A DNA stretch of 48,271 nt from Ferroplasmaceae archaeon UBA567 (GCA_002505185.1 DAUP01000074.1:1-48271); one strand, 5' to 3'. Shown: positions 10,111-20,390, counted from the first letter of the stretch. Translations and numbers: made by a program. The notes: generated by a model from the letters alone, not told the origin.

Positions 10111-11115
10111 ATGGACATCGATGATGCAATAAATGAACTGAAAACGCGAAAGGCTTCGAAGATACTGCTTCAGATACCTGATGGTTTGAAGCCTGAATCC
10201 TTCAACCTTTTCAATAAATTTTCAAAGGAATTTAACGTAATAATTAGCTCACAGTCTTTCTACGGGGCATGTGACATAGGCAATATGGAAGTATACAGGG
10301 ATGTTGATTACATAGTACAGTTCGGCCATTCGGAAATACCCAATATCAAATACACGAAGCCAGTAATTTTCATAGAGTATTTTTATAATGAGATAGAAAT
10401 CGAAGACGATGTTTTCTCAATACTCAAAGAAAAGGGAATAAAAAATGTGGGGCTCCTGTCCTCAGTGCAGTATTATAGGGAAATGGAATACGTGGAAAAA
10501 AGGCTGAGAATGCTTGGATATAATGTTATAATCGGCGATGTGGATGGTAGAATGAAGTACCCTGGTCAGGTTCTTGGTTGCAATTTCAGTGCTGCACATT
10601 CTGTATCTGGCAAGGTTGACGGATATCTGCTTGTAAGCACAGGCCTGTTTCATGGAATAGGTGCCCAGCTATCCACAGAAAAACCGGTGTATATACTTGA
10701 TCTGAACCTGAGATCGATTAAGAGTATACAGCCAGACATAGAAAAATTCCTGAGAAAACGATATGCAAGAATAGAATCGGCAATGGATGCGAAAAAATTT
10801 GCCATAGTAATTGACACAAAAATAGGGCAGTACCGGAAAAAACTTGCATATAGCATCTACAATAAGGTAAAGAGTATTGGCAGGGATGCTATAATAGTTA
10901 CTGCAGATAATATAAATCCTGTGGATTTCCAGAATTTAATGTGCGATGCTGTTGTATTCACTGGATGCCCGAGAGTTTCCATAGATGATGAGGACAAATT
11001 CAACATGCCAGTATTGACACCCATAGAATTCGAACAGTTATTTGGATTCAAAGGCAATAATAAATATATAATGGATGAAATAGTAGGTGTTGATTCCTAT
11101 TCCCCTATAAGATAA
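10111..11115 (+). CDS. dph2: Diphthamide biosynthesis enzyme Dph2
   Basis: LQIPDGLK, YGACD, GQVLGC, GLFH, TKIGQ and TGCPRV motifs, including the three Fe-S Cys ligands. Confidence 0.95.
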   Translation: MDIDDAINELKTRKASKILLQIPDGLKPESFNLFNKFSKEFNVIISSQSFYGACDIGNMEVYRDVDYIVQFGHSEIPNIKYTKPVIFIEYFYNEIEIEDDVFSILKEKGIKNVGLLSSVQYYREMEYVEKRLRMLGYNVIIGDVDGRMKYPGQVLGCNFSAAHSVSGKVDGYLLVSTGLFHGIGAQLSTEKPVYILDLNLRSIKSIQPDIEKFLRKRYARIESAMDAKKFAIVIDTKIGQYRKKLAYSIYNKVKSIGRDAIIVTADNINPVDFQNLMCDAVVFTGCPRVSIDDEDKFNMPVLTPIEFEQLFGFKGNNKYIMDEIVGVDSYSPIR

Positions 11116-12299
11116 TTAGACCCGTGAGATACGATTTTGCAGGTAATTTTTGAGTATTTCTCATAACTGCCCTTTATGACAACAGGGCGGTAATTAATAT
11201 CCCTTCCAACCATAGTTGCGTTCTTACCATTCTCAGTAATCAGTATCTGCTCCTCCCTGCCCACATACTTATCGAGTTTTTTCTCCATGTGTTCTCTGTG
11301 AAGTTCTATAATTTCATTGGACCATTCCTTCAGAAGGTTTGAATTAAGTGGTATTTTATTATAATCTTTTGTGTATGGCCTGGGGGAAAACCTGGTTACA
11401 TTGATGATATCTGGCCTGTACTCTTCCAGAAATTTCAGTGTTTTCTCGAATCCTTCCCTGCTGTCGTTGTAATATCCAAGTATTATATCAGTAGCTATGG
11501 ACATCTCCGGAAAAGTATTGATGAATCTGTTCCAGACCTCTTTCACTTCTTCTATGGTATATTCCCTGTTCATGGTCTCAAGTACACTGTTATCAGCACT
11601 CTGAACGGGCAAATGTAAAAACTTGAACACATTTTCATGCCTGTATGATGGAATCAGTTTTTCTAATATATCGTATGTATTTCTGGGTTCCATCATACCA
11701 ACACGGAGATAGAAATCCCTGTTAATGGATGAAATTTGGTTTACAAGCTCTGAAAGATCTGTGCCTATATCCTTTCCATATGCTGCAGTGTCCAGTGAGG
11801 ATATGCGTATCTCCTTTATATTCCGGTCCAGTTCCATCTTTACCTGATTTACAATTTTATCTATTCCCCTTGAGAGGAGACGTCCCCTGGCAATATGTGA
11901 AATGCAGAAATTGCAGCTGCCTGTGCAACCCTGGTTTATTGGTATACCATCATATATGTCAGATTTTATTTCTATGCCATCTAAATCTCCTTCATAGAAA
12001 CTTCTGAATTCACGGGGTTTCATTATATGCACATTTTCTGATTCTATTGTGTTTCCATTTACAGTGGCGAGGCACCCCAGCACCTTAACATTACTGGAAG
12101 CTTTTGAAAGGGCAGATATGCGTTTGACCATTCTGTCCTCTGTATGTTTTATTACAACACAGGTACCGATGAGGCTTAAATCTGCATCCTCAGGCTTATC
12201 TACAACCTGATTGTTTTTGTCCTTGAGCAGTTTATTGAGGTAAAGTGAAGATTCGGATTTTTGCAATGTGCATCCGTATGATTCAAAATAAATTTTCAT
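11097..12299 (-). CDS. Radical-SAM tRNA methylthiotransferase (archaeal MtaB/MiaB-like)
   Basis: UPF0004 N-terminus (ESYGC, GTCVV, GCL), GCTGSCNFC CxxxCxxC motif, LHLPVQS, C-terminal TRAM-like region. Start moved to ATG 12299 (MKIYFESYGC). Confidence 0.92.
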   Translation of the reverse strand: MKIYFESYGCTLQKSESSLYLNKLLKDKNNQVVDKPEDADLSLIGTCVVIKHTEDRMVKRISALSKASSNVKVLGCLATVNGNTIESENVHIMKPREFRSFYEGDLDGIEIKSDIYDGIPINQGCTGSCNFCISHIARGRLLSRGIDKIVNQVKMELDRNIKEIRISSLDTAAYGKDIGTDLSELVNQISSINRDFYLRVGMMEPRNTYDILEKLIPSYRHENVFKFLHLPVQSADNSVLETMNREYTIEEVKEVWNRFINTFPEMSIATDIILGYYNDSREGFEKTLKFLEEYRPDIINVTRFSPRPYTKDYNKIPLNSNLLKEWSNEIIELHREHMEKKLDKYVGREEQILITENGKNATMVGRDINYRPVVIKGSYEKYSKITCKIVSHGSNYLIGE

Positions 12300-12490
12300 C
12301 GTTTTTAATTGCAATTACATTAATAACGATTTTTATGCTGTTTTTATATGAATGATTTTAAAAATATTATCAATTAATTATATAAATGCATTAAAATACT
12401 ATCATCTGAATTGCTAATTTCGATAAATACAAATTTTATATTACAATTTAGATGTGAAAAAAGTTATATATTGCTTTAAAATATAATTTT

Positions 12491-13030
12491 ATGACGGAAG
12501 AAAATAACTTAAAGAAATTAGAAGACAATAAAAATTATGAATGTGACCTCTCTGTAAGATGGGAGCATATAGACCCTTCTATTTTGCCATTTGATGAGTT
12601 AGACAAGGAAATTATGTGCTTCCTGCGCTACAATGCCAGAATGTCAAATGCTGAAATAGCAAAGATGCTGAATACCAGTGAAGCCACTGTAAGGCGGAGA
12701 ATTAACGAGCTTGTACGGAGAAAGATTATCACGGGCTTTTCCGCACTGGTTGACCTGCATGCCATAGAAAATAGCATAAAAGTGTGCATAAGGATAGATA
12801 CCGAGGGAGACAAGCTTGACTCTATTGCCCAGTCACTTTCCGCAAATCCCAATATACTGTCACTGTACAGGAGAAGAGGGCAAAATCAACTGCTTCTTCA
12901 GGGTCTTTTCCTGAACCTTGAAACCATACAGGAATTCGAGGACGGCCTGGCAAGAAAGGATGGAATAGTAAAATATGATACAATGGTTGTGTCAAAGGCA
13001 TTCAAAAAAGATCCTTGGGTAGGCATATAA
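12491..13030 (+). CDS. Lrp/AsnC-family transcriptional regulator
   Basis: DELDKEIMCFLRYNARMSNAEIAKMLNTSEATVRRRINEL HTH signature plus a C-terminal RAM-like domain. Confidence 0.93.
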   Translation: MTEENNLKKLEDNKNYECDLSVRWEHIDPSILPFDELDKEIMCFLRYNARMSNAEIAKMLNTSEATVRRRINELVRRKIITGFSALVDLHAIENSIKVCIRIDTEGDKLDSIAQSLSANPNILSLYRRRGQNQLLLQGLFLNLETIQEFEDGLARKDGIVKYDTMVVSKAFKKDPWVGI

Positions 13031-13041
13031 AAATTTAAAAT

Positions 13042-14409
13042 TCAATTAAGAAAATTGAATATTTCTTTGTACTTTTTTTCATCTATTTTTCCTGTTGCCA
13101 GGACAAGGTCTTTTATGCTTTTTCCTGTTTCCAGGGACTCTTCTACTATCTTTGCCATGGTGTCATAGCCCAGGTAAGGATTGAGTAATGCTGCCGAACC
13201 GAAACTTCTTTCTATATTTTCCTTTATTTTGTTCAGATCAGGCTTTATTCCCTGCATTGCCTCTTCATCCAGCATTTTGATCCCGTTTGCAAGCCTTTCA
13301 ATTGATTTGGATATTTCATAGTCTATGTGTGGCATCATGACATTTAGCTCAAGTTGCCCGGCCTTTACAGAAAGATTTACTGCCTGCTGCGATCCGGTTA
13401 TAGAATGGCATATCATGTTCATGGCTTCAGCTATGGATGGATTTATTTTTCCAGGCATTATGGATGAACCCTGTTGAACTGCCGGGAGTATTATCTCATG
13501 CAGGCCTGCTCCTGGACCGGAATATAGAAGCCGTAGGTCATCGGAAATTTTGCTAAGATCAAGTGCCATGTTGGACAGTGCGTTGATTACCCTTGAAAAG
13601 TCGGTCATGAACTGCATTATGCCCATTAAATTTTCTCCTGGCCTGAAATTAAAGCCAGTTTCCTCTGATATTTTCTTTACAGCATTTTCCTTATATCCCT
13701 CAGGTGTGTTTGCTCCATTTCCCACAGCTGTTCCTCCAATATTTAGTTCCAGTATATAGTCTAATGAAGCTTCAAATTCCTTAAGATCCCTTGCAATTGC
13801 AAATGCCCAGGCATTAAATTCGTCTCCCAGTGTTACCCTCACAGCATCCTGGAGATGTGTTCTCCCTGTTTTGTAAACTTTCTCAAATTCCTTGTGCTTT
13901 GCCCTTAATGTTTTTATAAGTGATTCAGCGTTGCCAATAAGTTTTGGGGACTTTAGCATTATGCTTACACGCATCATGGTAGGATAAATATCATTTGTTG
14001 ACTGGCTCATATTTATTACATCATTAGGATGTGCGTATTTGTATTCCCCTTTTTTATGATTAAGTGACTCAAGAACCAGATTCGCAAGTATTTCATTGGT
14101 ATTCATATTAAAAGATGTACCTGCACCAGCCTGAAAAACATCAAGGACAAACTGATCGTCGAATTCTCCAGCTATTAGCCTGTCACATGCCTTGCTTATG
14201 CTTTCATACAATTCTTTCTGAAGTTTACCTGATGTGTAGTTAGCATATGCGGCACCTTTCTTTACTATTGCCATTGCCCTTATATGGTCGCGGTCTCTGG
14301 ATTTTATCCCAGAAATGTTAAAATTATTCTTTGCCCTAAGAGTGTTTATCCCGTAATAAATGCTATCGTCAATCTGTACCTCGCCTATTACATCTCTCTC
14401 TGTTCTCAT
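13042..14409 (-). CDS. aspA: Aspartate ammonia-lyase (fumarase/aspartase superfamily)
   Basis: GSSIMPGKINP signature. QAGAGTSFNMN, SQSTND and GRTHLQDA are closer to aspartase than to class II fumarase, but fumarase is not excluded. Confidence 0.75.
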   Translation of the reverse strand: MRTERDVIGEVQIDDSIYYGINTLRAKNNFNISGIKSRDRDHIRAMAIVKKGAAYANYTSGKLQKELYESISKACDRLIAGEFDDQFVLDVFQAGAGTSFNMNTNEILANLVLESLNHKKGEYKYAHPNDVINMSQSTNDIYPTMMRVSIMLKSPKLIGNAESLIKTLRAKHKEFEKVYKTGRTHLQDAVRVTLGDEFNAWAFAIARDLKEFEASLDYILELNIGGTAVGNGANTPEGYKENAVKKISEETGFNFRPGENLMGIMQFMTDFSRVINALSNMALDLSKISDDLRLLYSGPGAGLHEIILPAVQQGSSIMPGKINPSIAEAMNMICHSITGSQQAVNLSVKAGQLELNVMMPHIDYEISKSIERLANGIKMLDEEAMQGIKPDLNKIKENIERSFGSAALLNPYLGYDTMAKIVEESLETGKSIKDLVLATGKIDEKKYKEIFNFLN

Positions 14410-14476
14410 AAATAATAATGCCGCCTAAGTATAAAAATATGGCTCTTTACACATTAATGCTGCTGACACACCCTCC

Positions 14477-14704
14477 TCAGATAAAGTATATTCTCACTTT
14501 TGCTTCGTTCTCATTCATCACACTATGGACTTTGCAAAACTTATTACTGAGTCTTAAAGTCACTGTCTGTTACAGCATTGCCTCTTCAGGAGTATCAGTG
14601 TACCATTTGTTTGATCAGTATATGCGTGCAATTAAGATACACCTTTTATCTCCATCATGCCATTTTTCAGGACTTATCCAGTAGATTCTCTTCTGGCTAG
14701 TCAT
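14477..14704 (-). pseudogene. Possible decayed OsmC-like gene fragment
   Basis: One frame with two internal stops reads ...WYTDTPEEAML*QTVTLRLSNKFCKVHSVMNENEAKVRIYFI*, loosely resembling OsmC motifs. Confidence 0.25.
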
Positions 14705-14874
14705 TTCATGGAATAATAAATATTCTGCAATACATTTACTCCCTGAAAGCCGCAATATAATTAAGGTAGAGAAAGTTAGATCTTTGTCCATGAATCCCCA
14801 GAAAAGTCCTATGACCATAAATTTTTAATCGTAATATTAAAAAAAATTATATGCTTAAATGCATGGTGGAATTA

Positions 14875-15984
14875 ATGTATATAGAATTTACAGATGCCGG
14901 GATGGTTGTTCCTGATACGCTTACCATAGGATACATTGACGGGGATGGCATAGGGCCAGAAATCACAAAAGCCATGATAGATGTTGTCAACAGCGCAATA
15001 GAACTTGCATATGGAGGTAACAAATCAATTGAATGGCATAGAATTTTAATTGGCAGTGAAGCTTACGATAAATTCGGCACCTATATACCTGAGGATTCCA
15101 TAAAAGAAATTCAGAAAATGTCGGTGGTTATGAAGTCAACCCTGAATCTTATGCCTGATAACAGGGATATAAACACTGTATTGCGAAGAAGGCTTGGCCT
15201 CTATTCAAACATAAGAATGCTGAAATATATACCGGGAATGGATATAAGGATAAATACATTTAACAGGCTCAACCTGACAATTGTCAGGGATTCTCTCCCG
15301 AATACCCATATATTTTACCATTCATCAGAAAGTACAGATGATCTTATAAAATTCATATCAGACAATTATGATCTGAACATAACACCTGATTCAGAAATAT
15401 ACATGGTAACACAGAGCAAATTCAGAACAAGAAAGATTGCAAAACAGGCTATCCAGTATTCCAAAAGAAATGGAAATGGGAAAATAACAATAGTTGAAAG
15501 CCAGCAGAACCCAGAGTTTGCACAATGGTGTTTGGAAGAGGCATCGAAGCACGAAGATATCAATTATGAAATTATGAAAACAAGGCAGTTCATGCAAAAA
15601 ATTATTATGTCTCCGGAAAATTTTGAAGCTGTACTACTGGACAACGTTCTAAGTCGAACTCTTGTGGATTATCTTATGGGTGCAATTAATACAGAGTATG
15701 GTTGCAGCATGGGAGATGAGTGCGCAGTATTTGAGGCTGTACAGTCGTCACTTCCCTCTGAGGCTGGATATGATGCGGCCGACCCATTATCCTTTATCCT
15801 CTCAGGTTGTGCCATGCTAAGACATATAGGCTGGAATGAGGCCACTAAAATAATTGAGAAGGCCATATCTGCTGCTTTCATGGACAACAAAATCCCTAAA
15901 GATATTACATCCAGAACCGACATTAATCCTATAAAGTGTTCAGAATTTTCATCAGAAATAATAAAGAGAATGGATGGAATTTAA
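14875..15984 (+). CDS. Isocitrate dehydrogenase (NADP-IDH) homolog with a degenerate active site
   Basis: IGYIDGDGIGPEIT, AYGGNKSIEW, CAVFEA and DPLSFILSG..ML.HIGW.EA align to IDH, but several catalytic and metal residues are replaced. Start uncertain (14851 or 14875). Confidence 0.85.
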   Translation: MYIEFTDAGMVVPDTLTIGYIDGDGIGPEITKAMIDVVNSAIELAYGGNKSIEWHRILIGSEAYDKFGTYIPEDSIKEIQKMSVVMKSTLNLMPDNRDINTVLRRRLGLYSNIRMLKYIPGMDIRINTFNRLNLTIVRDSLPNTHIFYHSSESTDDLIKFISDNYDLNITPDSEIYMVTQSKFRTRKIAKQAIQYSKRNGNGKITIVESQQNPEFAQWCLEEASKHEDINYEIMKTRQFMQKIIMSPENFEAVLLDNVLSRTLVDYLMGAINTEYGCSMGDECAVFEAVQSSLPSEAGYDAADPLSFILSGCAMLRHIGWNEATKIIEKAISAAFMDNKIPKDITSRTDINPIKCSEFSSEIIKRMDGI

Positions 15985-17718
15985 TGCATTATCATTATTT
16001 TGTGATCCATTAAAGGACTTTGGATTTGGTGGGCTTACTGGTGCGGGCTTTATGTGTATGTCCACAATTGCAGCCTCTCCATTTGATTCCATTATGATAA
16101 TTTTCCATGTGCCTGGGGTTTCGGCCTCAAAGTTCATCGTTTCATTCTTCCAGGGGCGGATATGAGTACTTATTCCCTCATATGGATCTCCGGCAAGATT
16201 TATTGTTGTGTTATCAGAACCTTCCATGTAGACCCCCATACTGGTGGAAATTGATATTATCCTGACATTCAGTGGGAATGAACCATTGTTGTCTATGGTA
16301 ATATTGAATGGTTTTCCCTGATATTCTGTGAGATTCAGGGGATTTGATATATTGGTGAAATGTATATTTTTGTTATCCTTCAGGAAGTATACAGAAATCA
16401 TTTTATGGAATATTTCTGTTCCAGTATTAACAGTTATATTGAAATCCTTTTTACCCGTATAATTGTAATGGTAGGTAATAAGTTCCAGCGTATATGTAGT
16501 GGTGGTCATATTGTTCTGTATGCTCCTTTCCACACTAAAATTTCCGGGACTTACGGAAAACACAGGTACAACGTTCAATCCGTGATTCTGTACGGTAATG
16601 TTTACCGTAACGTTCCCTGTATTGTTTTGCTGCATGACATAACAGGAATTCGGAATTGCAACATTACTATTGCTAGTACTATGAAATGGCAGTGGTACAA
16701 ACCCTAGAAGGAGTATGATTATTATTATCAGAGCCCATGATGCTTTCATGGAAATTTTGGGCTTGAAAAAAGTATTCATGGGAAGCGGTCCCTTAATTCC
16801 CAGCAACAGAGAGAGAACAACAAGGATCAGTATATAGGGATAAATTATACCAGCAATCAGGAGTATAACTATCCCGGCATATGATGCGTATTTGAAATAT
16901 TTCCCCATAATTCCAGAAAAAACTAGTCCTCCATCCATAAATCCAATGGGCAATGCATTTATTGCAGTTGTTATAAGCCCGACATAGCCGGCAAGTTCAA
17001 GTGGATCTGGTATAATTAATGCCGGGAAGAAATGTTCCAGGACAACAGGAAAAACCAGAGGAAAATTGAGAATTGAAATGGGAGAATGTATAGATGCATT
17101 GTACTGTGCAAATGGCATTGTAGCAGCACCGACAACTATAAGAAAAATTGATGCAAAGAATCCAGATAACAATGAAAATGATCCGGCTTCTATCATGGAT
17201 TTTGAATCCCTAAATTGATTTTTATTTGAATTTATTGTCCCTAAAGTCCCTATTCCAGGAGAGGGAATAAAAATAGGAAATTTATATTTTATATGGTTTT
17301 TTCTCAATACAAGATACTTTCCCCCCTCCCGGGATAATAAAACGAATATGACAGGCAGGGCATAAAATATGGAACCATAAATAATATTTCTGTATATGGA
17401 AATGGATGAATAATAAGCTGAATAATAAATAAATCCTGAATAAACCAGAGTGGCTATGGAAACAAACAGCATAATTGCTTTGAGTCCATTTCTTTCTCTG
17501 CCTATATTCCCGTTGTTAATTACAATAATCTGATTATCCGGAAAATCATTTGTAAATGCTGTTGTCCCTATTTTATCAAGTTCTTCAAGGAGATATGTGA
17601 ATGACTTTTCACTTCCCCTGGTCCGGATATGGAATATCATAGAGTATTTAGTATTCTCCACATCTGACACATTGTAATATTTTTTTACTATGCTATCAAT
17701 AATATTGGAGTCCATCAT
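15952..17718 (-). CDS. Site-2 protease (M50) family membrane protein, HExxH-deficient, with a large extracellular C-terminal domain
   Basis: FPIFIPSPGIGTLG and NALPIGFMDGG motifs of archaeal S2P, multiple TM segments, REGGK at the HExxH position, Asn/Thr-rich C-terminus. Confidence 0.8.
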   Translation of the reverse strand: MMDSNIIDSIVKKYYNVSDVENTKYSMIFHIRTRGSEKSFTYLLEELDKIGTTAFTNDFPDNQIIVINNGNIGRERNGLKAIMLFVSIATLVYSGFIYYSAYYSSISIYRNIIYGSIFYALPVIFVLLSREGGKYLVLRKNHIKYKFPIFIPSPGIGTLGTINSNKNQFRDSKSMIEAGSFSLLSGFFASIFLIVVGAATMPFAQYNASIHSPISILNFPLVFPVVLEHFFPALIIPDPLELAGYVGLITTAINALPIGFMDGGLVFSGIMGKYFKYASYAGIVILLIAGIIYPYILILVVLSLLLGIKGPLPMNTFFKPKISMKASWALIIIIILLLGFVPLPFHSTSNSNVAIPNSCYVMQQNNTGNVTVNITVQNHGLNVVPVFSVSPGNFSVERSIQNNMTTTTYTLELITYHYNYTGKKDFNITVNTGTEIFHKMISVYFLKDNKNIHFTNISNPLNLTEYQGKPFNITIDNNGSFPLNVRIISISTSMGVYMEGSDNTTINLAGDPYEGISTHIRPWKNETMNFEAETPGTWKIIIMESNGEAAIVDIHIKPAPVSPPNPKSFNGSQNNDNALNSIHSLYYF

Positions 17719-20390
17719 ATATTACCATATTCTAAAATCTCCCTTATTAACTTTTCACTTATTCCCGGAATGCAGGTTGCAGTATACAATTTTTTGTTCC
17801 TTATCTTTTCCTCAACCTTAATGCCTTCTTTTAACAATCCCGATACAAGCGTATCTACGTATGAGTCAATTCCTATGCCAGTCATTTCTGTACCGCCGTT
17901 AATTACTACGGCCTTTGTGTTTTGTCTAAAAATAGCCTGAATAAGAAGGTTCATATCTTCCCTGTCAAAATTTGTTGTATAAATTGCAATATTTCCTATC
18001 TTAGTTGAATTGCCCATAATTACAGATTCAATTTTTTCCTTTCTGTAGCGGTCAATCAGTTTCTGGTTTTCCAGGTCTTCCCGGAAAATTTCCAGAGAAC
18101 GGCTGTACACATCCTTTATGTCTACTTTCATAAATTCCTGCTCCATCACCACAGTATCATAAATCGTCTGTACATACCGCATGGCGGCCGGGCCTGCTGA
18201 AAATATAATCCTCTGAATACCTTCCTGTACAGTTTCTGTCCTGATAATTTTTATAAAACCTATGGATCCAGTGCTATCCAGATGAGTACCGCCACAACCC
18301 TCTGAATCGATGCCGTCTATGGTGACAACCCTGATTTTTGATGAAACTGGAACACCGCCCTCAAAGAGCCGGAACCCGTATTTTTCAATTGCCGGATTCC
18401 AGCTTACATTTACCACCGTAATTTTTCTGTCCTGCTCTATTGCCTCAAGGCACATATTTTCTATATTTTTTATATCTTCCAGCGTTATTTTCCTGTAATG
18501 TGTAATATCTATCCTTGATTCGTCCACATCCTTCCTTACACCGCTCTGCCACACATGGTTCCCGAAATATTTTCTCATTATCCCAAGCAGAAGATGGGTT
18601 GCTGAGTGGTGTATCATCAACTGTTTCCTTCTTGTATAGTCAATATAACCCTTAACCCTGGATTTGTCCCCTATGTTTCCATCAAGGAAATGCACTATGG
18701 CATCATTGTATTTCTGCACATCAACAACATTGATTCGTTTTCCATTGGCTATAAAGTATCCGAGATCACATGGCTGTCCACCGCCCTCAGGATAAAAAGC
18801 TGTCTGATTCGGGATTATTAGCTTCTCACCAGAATAAAGGACTATGCCTGTAAATTCACTTATTTTTGTGTTATCATAATATAAAGGACGTGTATGAACA
18901 GGTGGATACTCTACAGTTTCTTTTTTCTTTATGTGTTTGGTTTCATGCCTGGATATAACAATCTCCTGGAAATTATCCGGAAGTTCAAGATTCTTCCCGG
19001 CCACTTTCATGAATGATTCTTTAATTAAATCCTCATTGAGCCCTTCCGAGTCGTAGAGCGTAATAGCGTCCTTAAGCTCTAGTTTACCTGAATGTATGTA
19101 CTTCTTCAAACGGTTAACAGCTGTTTTATTTATTTCATTATATTTTTCTTTCTCTATTTCGATAATGTTTTTTATGAAATCCCGGTCATAGTTAGAAATA
19201 ATGTCTGAAAAAATATTGTGCTGGAAGTCCATAAGATCCATGAAATCCTTTGAAAATCCGATTTCATCCATAAATTTCAGCGACCTTCTTATGAGGGTCC
19301 TTGCCAGATAGCCAACCTTAACATTGGAGGGTATCACATAGTCAGAAAACATTAAAAGCAGTGTTTTTGTGTGATCTGCAAGTGAATACATGCTTCTAAT
19401 GCGTTTCAGGGTGCCTACAAATTCATTATTAAGGTTGATTTGTTTTTCCTTCAGGTATGGATCAACCTGCATTAAGAGTTTTGATTCACTATATGGCTCT
19501 ATCTCAGCCGACAGTTCTGATAATTTTTGCATAATCTCCGGTTCTATATACCCCACTGATGCATTTTTCCTTATGTATTCTATTGTATCTCCGAATATTG
19601 AGTTATAAACTGTGGGCGTCCCAGTGGAAAGCCACACAAGCCTTTCCAGGCCATATCCAGTATCCACAATTTTTAGGGGCATTTGGGAATATTTTGTTCC
19701 CTCTATTTCTATATCACCTTCCGGATCTTCTTTCATATCCATAAACACCAGTGTAGCCACTTCAAGACCCCTGACAAAGACTTCTACTGCATTTCCTGCA
19801 TTACCGCCGCCAAACCACGGTTTTTCTTTGTAAGTTATTTCATTTCCATTAACACGGAGTTTTTCTGTGAGGAACCTGTATGAGTATTCTATTGTCTCAT
19901 TTTTCCAGTAAATATATTTATTTTCATAATTAAATGCATCATGGCACAGCATCTCAAATGATGTCAGATGACGGCCTGTTTTTCCAACCAGATCAAGGTC
20001 CAGCATTCTTATGCTTGGCTGGGACATTGCAAGGGGATTCCCGGGAGGAGGCACAAGCCCGGAGGTAACCTGCGGCTGGAAATCGTATATGGAAGCGTTA
20101 ACAAGGAGAACATCATCACGCCATCTGGGTACCACCGGATATGGATCTATTATAGAATGGTTTAGTTCATCCTTCCTGAAAAAGGAAAGGAACTCATCAC
20201 GCATCTCATCCAGGCTATATGGCCTGTATACGGGAGAGTTGCCTATAAATGAATAACTTTCACAGGCAGGGTCTCCACATGTCTTTTTCCGGGAGTTTTG
20301 AGTCCAGAAGAGGGATGAACATACAGTGCATTGCTTCCGTATAAAACTGTTATCCCTAAAGAAATCTATATCAAACTCATTTTGTGCCAT
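17715..20390 (-). CDS. alaS: Alanine--tRNA ligase (archaeal type)
   Basis: N-terminal Zn motif, YPVVPRWRDD, GRHLTSFEM, DTGYGLER, HHSATH editing domain, CGGTH. Confidence 0.98.
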   Translation of the reverse strand: MAQNEFDIDFFRDNSFIRKQCTVCSSLFWTQNSRKKTCGDPACESYSFIGNSPVYRPYSLDEMRDEFLSFFRKDELNHSIIDPYPVVPRWRDDVLLVNASIYDFQPQVTSGLVPPPGNPLAMSQPSIRMLDLDLVGKTGRHLTSFEMLCHDAFNYENKYIYWKNETIEYSYRFLTEKLRVNGNEITYKEKPWFGGGNAGNAVEVFVRGLEVATLVFMDMKEDPEGDIEIEGTKYSQMPLKIVDTGYGLERLVWLSTGTPTVYNSIFGDTIEYIRKNASVGYIEPEIMQKLSELSAEIEPYSESKLLMQVDPYLKEKQINLNNEFVGTLKRIRSMYSLADHTKTLLLMFSDYVIPSNVKVGYLARTLIRRSLKFMDEIGFSKDFMDLMDFQHNIFSDIISNYDRDFIKNIIEIEKEKYNEINKTAVNRLKKYIHSGKLELKDAITLYDSEGLNEDLIKESFMKVAGKNLELPDNFQEIVISRHETKHIKKKETVEYPPVHTRPLYYDNTKISEFTGIVLYSGEKLIIPNQTAFYPEGGGQPCDLGYFIANGKRINVVDVQKYNDAIVHFLDGNIGDKSRVKGYIDYTRRKQLMIHHSATHLLLGIMRKYFGNHVWQSGVRKDVDESRIDITHYRKITLEDIKNIENMCLEAIEQDRKITVVNVSWNPAIEKYGFRLFEGGVPVSSKIRVVTIDGIDSEGCGGTHLDSTGSIGFIKIIRTETVQEGIQRIIFSAGPAAMRYVQTIYDTVVMEQEFMKVDIKDVYSRSLEIFREDLENQKLIDRYRKEKIESVIMGNSTKIGNIAIYTTNFDREDMNLLIQAIFRQNTKAVVINGGTEMTGIGIDSYVDTLVSGLLKEGIKVEEKIRNKKLYTATCIPGISEKLIREILEYGNI

